From Blastocladiella emersonii ATCC 22665 (taxonomy: Eukaryota; Fungi; Blastocladiomycota), in contig JANHCV010000012.1 of NCBI GenBank assembly GCA_025594325.1, positions 1,116,001 through 1,180,000 of the forward strand: a stretch of 64,000 bases of DNA, in the 5' to 3' direction. This document shows, piece by piece, positions 23,655 through 34,461 of the stretch (positions within the stretch are counted from its first letter, which is position 1; each line of letters begins with the position of its first letter). Under the pieces are notes generated by a model, which saw only the letters and a program-made list of their open reading frames with translations, was not told the origin of the DNA and ran no database searches. Made by a program: the position numbers and the translations under genes.

Positions 23655-25970
23655 ATGCCACTCATCTACCTCGGTTTGACCGAGTTCAGCATCTGGTCAA
23701 CGCTGACCCGCATGGTCGTGGTCAGCGTGTTCGACACACTTGTATTCCAGCTCGTTTTCTCTCGCCGCCCCGGTCTATCGATCCTCATGAACCTGTCCGT
23801 CCTCGCTGCTTTTTCGGCCAGCTTCCGCCAGCTCTCGCTTGAGACGCGCAGCGGACTTCGCCAGAAATTCGCTATTCTTGCTCTCACTTTGCTTGCCGCC
23901 ACCGGTCTGATCGTTGACTGGGTCGCGTCGTCACATTTCAACAACTTGCGTGCCTCGAGGGAGTCGCGCATCGTGTGGGCGCGACCTGCCGTCAATGCGT
24001 CAAACCCGATCCCTGGCATTGCGACTGGCCGACTCTTTCCGCGCGACATCGTGCTGGACGCACTTTCCTCCGTCTACGTGCGTCGCACCGACAATAACGC
24101 TTGGCTGCGTGCGTCGGGCTCGCTTTCCGAAGTCGACATCGTGCCCACGCTCATCAAGCGCGATTTGTGCTCAAATGGCAGCACCATCCGCACGCCGGTC
24201 AAGCCCGTCAACCTGTCGTATTCTGTCGCCAACGGCGCGCAGATCCGCGTCGACTTCAATCCAGGCATCGCCCGTCGGTACAATATGTTTGGCTTACAAA
24301 CGATGCTGCACACTGTCTGGCTTATCTCCAGCAACCCATCTATCGATCCTTATCCGTTTGTGATGCCGTTACCGATTGTGTCTACGGCTGAAACGGCCGG
24401 ATCCATTACTCGCATTACAGCTGCCTCTGACACAAGTACCCCCGAGACCCCTGCGGCAGCCGGTGTTGCGCGCGACCCACCCATGAGCGGAGTTGCTGCG
24501 ATCGGGTACTTTGTTCAAGGTTACGAAATGCAATGTGATCTTACTCCGCGCGAGGTCGAAGACTGGCTTAACAAGCGAATTGGGCAAGAGAACCCTCTTT
24601 TCCGCCAACTTGACGGCGCCAACGGGACCGCGCTTGGCCAAAATACTGGTTCTCTTTTCTACTCTGACTGGTCGGAATACCGCGACCTTGGAGCCACCGG
24701 TTTTTCTGGCTACGGAGCTTCGGTTTTCTTTCACACGACGAAAGAAATGCTCGCTCAGGGCTCTATTGAACTCTTGTCTTTTGGTTCAGAATCAAGTGGC
24801 GGCGACCTGGACAAGCGAACAAGTTTGCTTCCTGCTGTCAATCTTTATGGGTCAACCAAGCAAGACCGGTCTTACGCTACCGCAGCTCCGCTCGCTGGGA
24901 AAATTGTCCAGACCTGCACTGATGCGCCGTTGTCGACCAGTCTGGTGCCGCTTATTGTTGGGGCAGGCTCAAACTTCAGCCTGACGCAACACCTGGATGA
25001 TGCTCCTGGGTTCCGCGAGGAAGCCAAAGTTGCAAGCGTGGGCACTCTTCCAAAGCATTGCACGCTTACGCTGAACAACAGCTCTGGGACACAGCTTCAG
25101 GGTTTGCGCACCCCAAACAATTCTTTTCCTATTCTCAAGTACCTCAGCGGTGCCCAGGTGTGCCGTACCACCCTCAAAACTTTCAACATCACGCGGATGA
25201 ATTTCAGCTCGGAGTCGATGTCGTTTGTTGGGAGCAAGGACCAGTTTGTTGACATGCTTGGTGCGGTCCAGGATGCACCGCAGTCGTGGCCCATCTCGAT
25301 GCGCTGCCTCAACGAGAAGTATGTCGAACAGCACTCCCGCCCGTCGCTGTTGACTACATCCCTCTCGAACGTGCGCATGCAGCTTCTTAATGACAATTCC
25401 GGCCCCGTGGCTGCATCTTTGGGTGACGGTTGGGCAAGAACTGCGCCGACAGCTGCTCGCACAGGCGGGTGGCTCGGTGAGGGCTCAAGCGTGCCAACTT
25501 ATTTCCTCAAAAACGGGCCGCAGATGTTTGTGCAGACGGTCGTGGGCGTCGAGATTACTGAACTTGCCCTTTCACTTATCGCCTTCTTCGCCGTCTTCGT
25601 CTTTTCATCGATCCTTAAGTGGAGCAGCATGCACACGATTGCGCTCTCAGCTATGTACGAGTTTGCGCTTCGCCTGCGCGCACAGGGCGAGGAACCCCAG
25701 GCCAGCGTTGCCAATGGGGTCAATGCCATCGATCTTCTGCAACGTACGACTCTGGCCCTCGTCGAGCTTCCCACCGATCCGGCTGTGCGCGTCATCCGAC
25801 TCGTCCCCGCTGACAAGAACGGTCCGCTTCCGCTGGACGGCGACGACAACTCGGTGTTGATTGATCACTCGACGTCTTTCGTTCGTCTCGAGGGAGTCGC
25901 GCGGAAGCGGTTCCCGAATAAGCAGCAGAGTGGCGCCGAGGCGCTTCTCGCCGCTGGCGCGGTCGCGTGA
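23655..25970 (+). CDS. Uncharacterised 771-aa membrane protein (N-terminal hydrophobic helices, large middle domain, C-terminal TM)
   Basis: Long intronless ATG-TGA ORF with hydrophobic segments near residues 1-60 and 70-90, plus ELALSLIAFFAVFVFSSIL near the C-terminus and many N-x-S/T sequons. Confidence 0.75.
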   Translation: MPLIYLGLTEFSIWSTLTRMVVVSVFDTLVFQLVFSRRPGLSILMNLSVLAAFSASFRQLSLETRSGLRQKFAILALTLLAATGLIVDWVASSHFNNLRASRESRIVWARPAVNASNPIPGIATGRLFPRDIVLDALSSVYVRRTDNNAWLRASGSLSEVDIVPTLIKRDLCSNGSTIRTPVKPVNLSYSVANGAQIRVDFNPGIARRYNMFGLQTMLHTVWLISSNPSIDPYPFVMPLPIVSTAETAGSITRITAASDTSTPETPAAAGVARDPPMSGVAAIGYFVQGYEMQCDLTPREVEDWLNKRIGQENPLFRQLDGANGTALGQNTGSLFYSDWSEYRDLGATGFSGYGASVFFHTTKEMLAQGSIELLSFGSESSGGDLDKRTSLLPAVNLYGSTKQDRSYATAAPLAGKIVQTCTDAPLSTSLVPLIVGAGSNFSLTQHLDDAPGFREEAKVASVGTLPKHCTLTLNNSSGTQLQGLRTPNNSFPILKYLSGAQVCRTTLKTFNITRMNFSSESMSFVGSKDQFVDMLGAVQDAPQSWPISMRCLNEKYVEQHSRPSLLTTSLSNVRMQLLNDNSGPVAASLGDGWARTAPTAARTGGWLGEGSSVPTYFLKNGPQMFVQTVVGVEITELALSLIAFFAVFVFSSILKWSSMHTIALSAMYEFALRLRAQGEEPQASVANGVNAIDLLQRTTLALVELPTDPAVRVIRLVPADKNGPLPLDGDDNSVLIDHSTSFVRLEGVARKRFPNKQQSGAEALLAAGAVA

Positions 25971-26063
25971 TCGTTGGGCATGTTTGACGTGTCGTTGGAG
26001 CTTGGATTCAGTGCCGTTTGATTCAGAATTAGATCTTTCAGTTCGCTGTTCACTTTTCTACGC

Positions 26064-27218
26064 GTGCTTTCGTCCTCTCATGAAGCTTCACAAGCAAACC
26101 GTAAAGCAATATTATCGCGAATACGCGATCACGTGAGTGGCGCGGCGCGTCCCGCGAAGGAGTCGCCCCCGAGTCTTACAACCGCTCGTCTAGATTTGTA
26201 CCCGTTCGTCGCCAACGGACCGCACGGAGCCGGCGGGTACTGGGTCCCTCGGCCGGTCGTGTACGGCCGCGAGACGAGTCGCATCGATTGCATCTTTGTG
26301 TCCGAGAACGGGCTGCTCTACGAGGACACGAGCAAGCTGACGTGCCCCGAGAACAGCAGCTGGTTCGGCACATTCGTCGTCGTCTGCATCGTCGCGGGCG
26401 TCTTTGTGGCCGGATGCATGTCCGAAGCCAACAATGCGGCTGTCTCGACGACGGCTGAGGGGTCGCTCTTGATGCCCGTGCACCACGCATCGGCCACTTC
26501 GGCCGCCCGCGCTCTCGATTTCGTTCGCAACAATCCGGCGCTCCCGCCCGCACTCGACAAGCACACGCTCGACCTCATGGCGTCGCCCGACGACTAGCAG
26601 TTCGACGTTCCGCTGCACCACGAGGACTCGGCCGTGGTCGAGAACGGCACCCGCGTCACTCTGCTCGGCCATGCTGCGTCTGACGTCGAATCGGACCTCA
26701 CGCTCGTCACCAACCTGCCACTCCCATGGCTCGACTCGGCATCCCCACGCCCAATCTTGTACTTTGAAGTGACCATCGCGGCCATGGAACCGCAGACGAC
26801 CGTCGCCGTCGGTCTCACGACCGTTCCCTGGCCAAGCTTCCGCCTACCCGGCTGGAACTCTTGGTCGGTCGGCTACCACAGCGACGACGGACGCGCGTTC
26901 GTGTGCGACGACCGGTTCGGCGCAAACTACGGCAAGCCCTACCGCTTTGACGACGTGATCGGCGTCGGTGTCAACACGGCGGATGCGTCCGTGTTCTTCA
27001 CGCGCAACGGCGTCAAGCTCGCGAAGGTGCCGGGCGCTCAAGTGCCTGCGCCCCGCCTCGCAGTGCATCCGGCGGTCGGAGCCGATGGTGCGTGCACCCT
27101 TGACGTTAACTTTGGAACTCGTCAGTTCCGCTGGCAGGCCGCCAACGACGCGTCGCTGCCTGCTGGATTCGCGCTTGACGCGCTCCCGCGGTACCAAGCG
27201 CGTGCCGAGGCTGTTTGA
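26064..27218 (+). pseudogene. SSH4: SSH4-like TM-anchored SPRY-domain gene with one in-frame TAG; 5' end unresolved
   Basis: ORFs 26064 and 26634 are one frame split only by TAG 26595-26597. TM WFGTFVVVCIVAGVFVAG, then TNLPLP, YFEVTI, PSFRLPGWNSWSVGYHSDDG, DVIGVG, FFTRNG and NFG motifs of SSH4/SPRY proteins. Confidence 0.7.
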
Positions 27219-27534
27219 CCCATTCAATGTGTTGTCGTCATCAAAGTAATTGCACGATCTTTATTCACGAAAACGCCAGCCCGTTTCCCTTCTTGAGAGC
27301 CAGGCTTGCAACCACGCGTCGAGTCGCGTCGCGTCAGCAGGGAGACGCGTTCGAGTATCACGTGTCCGCGAGACAACGTCCCACCGCGTTGTTCGCGGCC
27401 TGCGGCGCGCCGCTCACCTTCCAGCATGACCACACCAAGATCACTCCCTGTAAGCTCATGCAACGCGTCGATGGAGCGAAAGCAATAGCATAATGGTGTG
27501 CCGACATGGCCGCGCCCGATATCCTTCCGCCACC

Positions 27535-30500
27535 ATGTTCCGGGCGGCAACCTTCGGCCTCCTGTGCCTCGCCCTCTGCTGCGCGGTGCACCGCGTCTCC
27601 GCCAAGGCGACGATCCGTATCGGCGTTCTGCTGCCGTTCGAGGACCCGGACCCGTACTACCGCAACAGCTTCGCCGCCGCCATGGACGCGCACGCGCTCG
27701 GCATCTCGGACGCGCAGGAGATGGGCTACCTGCGCGGCGCCGACGTTCTCCTCGACCCAATCGATACGACGGGGAACGGATACAACGAGGACGGCGTCGC
27801 CGTGTTCGCCGCATACGAGGCCATCAAGCGCAACGTGTCGGCCATTTTCGGCGGCGGCACCTCAGACGCGTCGCGGCAGATCAGTATCGTGACGCGCTCG
27901 TTCAACATCCCGATCTGCTCGTATACGTCGAGTTCGAGCGAGCTCTCGGACAAGTCCGAGTTCCCGTGGTTCTTTCGCACCATCAGTTCGGCTTCCGCGC
28001 TGGCCAACAGCACCATGGTCTTTATGCGCAAGCGGGACTGGCGGCGCTTCTCGATCGTGGCCGAGGGTGGGAACCGGTTCATCTCGTCATGTACGATGCA
28101 GACCTCGCGATGCGACCGCGACTCGACTAACGCTCCGTTCGACCGTGTAGACGTCAGCACTCTGGTCGACATCGCGCGAGAAAAAGGCGTCGACGTGCTC
28201 GTCAACTCGCTCATCTACTCGCCGACCGCGCAGCCGGACAAGATGCAGGGTATCCTGAACCAGCTCGTCGCCACCGACACGCGCATTCTCGTCGTCCCGC
28301 ACTGGTCGTCGAACGGCGTCGAGATCATCGAGTACCTGCACCGTAACGGGTGGTTCGCGTCGGCGCCGCCGGGCCAGCCGCGCGTCGTGCTCTACGTCAC
28401 GGACCCGTTCCCCTCGCTCTACGAGATCTCTCCGACGACCGCCTACGACGTGCTCGCCCAGGCTGGCAACCTGCGCCCTGACGTGTTCAGCTTCCCGCCC
28501 GGCTCGATCCTCACCGACTTTGCGGCGCGGTACAAGGTGCAGAACGGCGGCCAGCCGTATCCATACCTGTCGAGCGACGACTTCCACCTCGGGTACGCGT
28601 GCGGCGTGGCCATGGCTGTCGGGCTGCACCGGCTCATGGCCGAGAACTTTGGGTCCGTCGACGACATTGCGTCGCGCTCGCAGCGGCTGTACGCGCGCAT
28701 GAACGTGACGCTGTTCAACGTCAACGCGGCGCGGTTCCCCAAGTTTCCCGTGCTTCTCGACGGCAACGGCGACCCGGTGCCGCGCTTCGACGTGCTGTAC
28801 GGCAGCCGCAACAACACGAACCGTACCGCCGACTCGCCCGTCATCGCCATCAACGAGATCGTCGACGTGTCGCCGCAGGACTACACGGTGCCGTTTCCCG
28901 TCCTCACCTACACGTTCCCGGGCCTCCCGCCCGGCGCGTACCCGCCCGCCGGCCGCCCGCTGACCAACCTCAACCCGCGGCCCGACTCGCCGGGCTCGAT
29001 TGCGGTCCTGGCCGTGAGCTGGCTCGTTCTTGCGGGTCTGATCGCGTCGCTCGCCGTGCTCGTGTACCACCGTGACCACGTAGCGGTCCGCCGCTCGTCG
29101 CTCCCCTCGCTCGTCTTCCTTCACGCGGGGTGCGCGCTCACGCTCGGTTTGGGCACGGCGTACATTGGCGTCCCGACAGTGTCCGTGTGCGCGCTCCGCC
29201 TGAGCCTGCTGCTGTGGAACATCGCGTTTGTCGTGGCCGCGCTCCTGCCGCGGCTCGGCATCATCTACGCCATGGTCCGGTTTGTCAACCTCGAGACGCG
29301 GCTCCGACGCGGCCTGAACAGGCGAACGACCCTCGTCACGTCTGCATCGACGTCGGCGCTCTCGCGACCCACGACGCGCACGCGCACTAGCACACGGTTT
29401 TCGGTCGCGCACATCTTCGATGCGATCCCGCGGCTGTCGCGCGCGTCACACAAGTCCTCGGCGTCAACGGTCTATGCGCTCAACTCGGCGGGCGACCTCG
29501 TGCCGACGAGCGGGTCGAGTCTTGGTTTTGGCAGCGACGCGGGGGTCACCTCGTACTGGCGCAAGCTCGGCGACCTCAAGTCGCGCGCGCAGGAGGCGGC
29601 GGCGATGCTCGACGGGCAGAGCACGTTCCGCGTGTTCATGGCGTACTTTGCCGTGTGCATGCCGCTCTTCTCGACGTACGCGGGCGTCACCATCTACGGG
29701 CTCGCTATGTGCGACCATTACCTCGTCATGACCAAGGTCACGGAGACGACCGAGCACACGGTCTGCATGTGCCGCAACGCGGCCGTCTCGACCAACCTGC
29801 AGCTGCTCACGGCCTGCGTGCACGGGTTCTGCGTCGCGCTGTGCCTCTGGCTCGCGTGGGCGTCGCGTGCGGCGCCGTACAATCTCGAGGAACCGAGTAC
29901 GCTTTATCTGCGCGGCCGTATGTATCTCGATCCCATTCCGACTGACACTCGCTTCGGCGCGTGTAGAACGCTCGCTCCTCGCTCTCGGCAACGCATTCGC
30001 CGCCCTCGTCATCGTGGCGATCCTCCTCATTGGCAACCTGTCCGGCCCGCTGTACCTGTTCCAGGCGTGCCTCATGGCGTACGCCGCGGCATCGACCACC
30101 GCCTTCTTCGTCCTTCCCATCCACCTGCAGATCTTCGGCCGCGTGCGCGAGTCAAGTCGGCCGTCCGAGTGGGACGAAGCTCTCGCGCGGCTCGAGCGCG
30201 ACTCGACGCTCGCCGAACGCACCATGTCCGAGGTCGAGCTGCGCGACACCAAGTCGGCACGGCGTACGTCGCCCGCGAACCCGCTCATCAAGGCGTCGGC
30301 CGCGATTGCTGGCGGGTCGCCTACGCACGGCGCGCCTGAGCGGCTTCCGCCGTGGCATCCGGACGCGGCGGCGTCGGCGGCGGGGATTCCCGCGCGGGCG
30401 AACTGGACGCTCGAGCGCGCACCGAGCAGGCGACGAGACGATCCGCATCCCGCTGTCGCCGAAACGCCACCACCCATCCCGCCGCCACCCGCACCGATGC

Positions 30501-31255
30501 TGGCCGTCCCCGGCGACCTCGCGCCCGCGCCGCCACCACCGTTCCGCTCGCTCCGCCGCAGCCGCACGATGCCGAACACCGCCTCACTCTTGGCCGCCGC
30601 GGCCGACACGGACCCGCAGTGGGCGGCGCTGACGTTCCCCGTCCTCGTCCGCCGCGCGTACCCCGCCTTCGACCACGCTGCACACGCACTCCTCGGCCCG
30701 CGCCAGAAGTGGGATCCATGCACGCTGATCTGGGTGCACCCGCCGCCGGACCTCGCCCCGTACCTCCCTGCAAAACTCGCCCTCCGGCCGCGCGACGACG
30801 CGCACCACCCAGCGTGCTACGCGGTCGGCGGGCCCGTCGCCGCGCTTACAGCGGTGCCGTGGGACACGGGCCGCGGGCGGGGCCGGCGCGGGTCGCTCGC
30901 GCCGTCCGTCATCTCGGACCAGCGGCGCGCCGCGGGCCGCGCCGTGCGGCCGCCGGGGATCGAGGACGCGCCGCCGCCCGACGCGCACGTACGCGGGTGC
31001 GTGATGTCGCTGCGCGGGGCGAGGGCGGCGGCGGCGTGGATCCACGTCGCGTTCGAGTTGCCCGCGGACTGCGCGCGCGTCGTCGATATGTTCGCAGCCG
31101 AGGCGGCGACGAGGACTGCGGGGCTCAGTTTGGCGGATGAGGGCGCGGTGCCGGGACAGATGATGCGCGGACGTAGGGCGAGCGGGCGCAGGGACGCGGC
31201 GACGGGGCCGAGGCGCGAGTCGGTGCTCAAGCGGCAGCTCATGAGCCAGTTTTGA
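27535..31255 (+). CDS. Class C (glutamate/GABA-B-like) GPCR-like receptor: signal peptide, periplasmic-binding/ANF ectodomain, 7TM, long C-tail (about 1196 aa)
   Basis: Exons 27535-28090, 28151-29896 and 29967-31255 (introns with GACTAAC/ACTGAC branch sites). Motifs IRIGVLLP, AIFGGGTS, IPICSYTSSSSELSDKSEFPWFFRT, FDGNGD-like and PYNLEEPK. Confidence 0.85.
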
Positions 31256-31664
31256 TATACTCGCGTGTTCGGCGTTTCTTTGGATACGCAGTGAGCGCGA
31301 CGTCCCACTTGGCCATCTCAACGAGATCGTGAAGAGCACGAATGCCTCGGAACGATGAGCAGGCAAGGCTCGACTGAGTGGATCACGGCGAGAATCAGTC
31401 GCTCCCGAGCCGCAGGCCACTTTGCTGACACTTCATGTGCTTCATCCGTCTGGCCTGCTGCTCAGAACGGCCTCAACGCACCTCGTTGGCCATAGTCGCG
31501 CGACCCAGTCTCGACTTGAGCGCGGAGTTCAAACTGAGTGGCGGCGCCTCTATCGTGATCCGACGTGATGATCCGTTCGTGTGGCGTTTTGCTCGACTTG
31601 TCGACGACGAGACCGCTGGACTCGCAGCTCGCTCTCCTCGTCCCGCGGAAGAAATCCCGTCACC

Positions 31665-32262
31665 ATGTCAAACTCGAATGAAGGCTCCATGGAACAGATG
31701 AAGGACCGCATTTCGAAGCTGGAGCAGCTGGTGCAGGCGCAAGGCGCGCTGCTCCAGAAGCTCGAGCCGCTGCTGGCCCTCGACCCGGACACGGCCGTCC
31801 TGCGCCACCTCGTCGAGGCGGTCAAGCAGGACCCGCAGTGGACCGAGATCGAGGCGGAGGAGGCCCGCAAGCGGCATCGGGATGGTGTGATAACCGTGAA
31901 ATTCCGAGGTCCTGGCCATTTGGATCTCTTGGGTACTCCAGGTCCGAACAACGCAGCTCACCGCTGGTGCTCATCTTCCTTGTTTCCTTCACTCTCCCAG
32001 AGTTAAAAGCTAAGCGATGCTGCCGGTTTCGCGTTCTCGCTCGTATGGTGGCCGAAAGGCGCGGCGGCAACCCTTACGACTTGAAATTCATCCACCCTCT
32101 TGGTCACAGCCTTAACTATGACAGCGAATGGCCCCTGGATGAGGTTCGCTTCGTGTTTCAAACTCGGCCGATGATGACCACTAACTGTCTGGATTGACGT
32201 CCATGCAGCTGGAGATCGATGATTACGACGAGATTTGGCTGGAACGTGAGCAACTCGGCTGA
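31665..32262 (+). CDS. Coiled-coil/helical domain fused to a SUMO-like domain, copy E1 (154 aa, ends LEREQLG*)
   Basis: Exons 31665-31932, 32001-32143 and 32209-32262 splice in frame (465 nt). The C-terminus ...LKFIHPLGHSLNYDSEWPLDELEIDDYDEIWLEREQLG parallels the SUMO C-terminus (yeast Smt3 ...LDMEDNDIIEAHREQIGG). Confidence 0.75.
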
Positions 32263-32707
32263 ATCGCCCAACACCTTGATTTATGATGCTGGTCATCAAA
32301 TACAAATGCGTTTCATCATGAGTATCGACCGGCTGGTAATACTGCGCATACGTGCGCCGCTAAGGTACCTGGTGGCGCTGACGTACATTTGAAGGAACAG
32401 CACATGGCACAAGGGGTTAGAAGGCACGGCAAACTCGATTTTCGCGACGTCCAACTCTCAACGCCCCTAAGCGACTGTTTGCTGTGTCAGGGAACCGCTC
32501 CGTTGCCGTGTCACCGCAATTGGCGAACGGACAGCGCGCTGCGCCACGGCTTGATCTCGCGTGACCATGTCTCGCAATGTCTCGCACCCCGATGCAACGC
32601 GCAGCTCCCGCGATTAGGGTCGGGCCCAAACGTAGGCGGACTTTCTCCCTTCATTCGAACGCTGAATTGCACCATGCCGAAGCCGAACCCAGACTCGATG
32701 CAAAAAA

Positions 32708-33430
32708 ATGGAGGAGCGGCTTTCGGCCCTCGAGGAGAAATGGGTAGCCCTCGATCGCGACCAGAGCTCATGCATATCGAAAGTGCGGCAGCTGGAACGC
32801 GACACGTACCGCCTCCGTCGACGCGCGGAAGCAGGACGCTGTGCTGCATGCCATCGAACCGCTCGTGCAAAGCGATCCGAAGCTGGACGTCCTTCGCCAT
32901 CTGATCGAGGCGGTCAAAAAAGATCCCACCTGGACCGAGATCAAGGCAGAGATGGATGCTGAAGCGGCCCGAAAGGAAAAGGAGCAGCAGGACGGCACGA
33001 TTACTCTTGTCTTCGAAGGACCCGATCTGGATGACCGTTTGAGTACGCAACGAGGCCGCTCTCGTTCCGGCACGAATAAACTCACGCTCTGCACTGCATT
33101 GAAGAGATCATGGTCCATCCAACAGCCCCGTTCCCCACTGTCGCGGCATCTGTTTATAGTCGCCTCGACGTAAGACCTCAATCGATTGCCTTCATTCACG
33201 AGGGCAAGAAAATCAGCGAGTTTGACGCCAGGTCGTTGGAAAATGTGTGTTTTCGTGATTTTCCCGTATCGCTGCCCGCGCACCGGTTCTGAATTTTGAA
33301 TTCACAGCTTGAAATTATCGACAAGGACACCATTACGGTTTCCTACCACATTAGTGGTGGTGCTCGCGGCGGTGGCGGCCGTTCCGCTTGGGCAAGGCGT
33401 TCACTAGATCAGCGCCAATGTGACCATTAG
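32708..33430 (+). pseudogene. Coiled-coil-SUMO-like fusion, copy E2 (frameshift near 32828; ...SYHISGG + 22-aa extension)
   Basis: Same intron positions as E1 (33043-33104, 33245-33307). UBL segment IMVHPTAPFPTVAASVYSRLDVRPQSIAFIHEGKKI...LEIIDKDTITVSYHISGG. One frameshift in exon 1. Confidence 0.7.
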
Positions 33431-33600
33431 ATGGGTGATATAAGATAAAGCGGCGCTTGATTGATTGAGTGACGCAGGGAAACACGTCCCACGATGGTGC
33501 GCGGAGGAGACGCGCTGCGCCATGGCGTGATCGTGGCGCTCCGATTCGCCTGGTTTGTTCGCCGCCATCTCGTCGCCGCTCTCGAACCCACTCACCAAAC

Positions 33601-34159
33601 ATGAATGCCATGAGCCCGCCAACATCGCGACCTGGTGCAACGGCCCAAGCAGCCGATGTCCGCAAGCCCTCGGCCATTCCCGAGATCCGCGACGAGGACT
33701 TTGACTTCACGGGTCAGCTCATGCACATTGTCGACCTGCTCCAGTCGGGTGACCCGGCCAAGGCAGCGGATATCGGTGGCGCCGTACGATTCAAGATGAT
33801 GGTCTTTCAAGCGGAAGGACATTTCTGACCATGCTATGCAGGTGTACGAGCTCGAGGCCAAGTACGCGCATGCGCTCAAGATCCTCGACGCCATCCCGCA
33901 CGGCGACAAGTCACTCGACCAGATGCAGGCCATGGTCGACGAGCAGAACGTTAAGCTCGAGAAGCGGCGGTACGGCTCTGCTGACTCGAGTCACCTCCAA
34001 GTCGTGCCTGCACTGAAGGCCCGCTTCGTTTCTAGGGCCGCGTTCGAAGAGTACCAGCGGCTTATCACCAACCCGCCAGCCGTCGAGCTCGCTCCGCCAC
34101 CCTCGACGCTTGCCTTCCCGACCACCCCGGCGCCTCCTACCTCCCTCCCTGAACCGTGA
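33601..34159 (+). CDS. MED9: Mediator subunit Med9-like protein (exons 33601-33783, 33842-33969, 34036-34159)
   Basis: The spliced product FDFTGQLMHIVDLL...LEAKYAHALKILDAIPHGDKSLDQMQAMVDEQNVKLEKRRAAFEEYQRL follows the Med9 helix/(L/I)PG-x-D-x-S/coiled-coil pattern. Both introns are GT-AG and in frame. Confidence 0.6.
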
Positions 34160-34461
34160 CCTTGACCTGCCAACCTGCCGAGCACGCGGAACACGAAATA
34201 CGCCCTTGAGCGCGTGGAAGACCAATGCGTTGCTTATTGAGCGGAAGTTAGTCTCGAATTGTGCCGCGGGCGCTTGGAGATGGTCTCTAGTCGAGCTCTC
34301 AGGTTCAACCAGAGCCCACAGGCGGGACGAGAGACGCGTTTCGAATTCATGTGACTGGGCAGGTGATGAGCGGTGCCACAGCCGCGAGCGGGCTCAGCCG
34401 TCTCCTTGGAGGCCTCCGCACTCTGCGCTCTCTGTACCGACACTAGACACATGTTAAGCAA

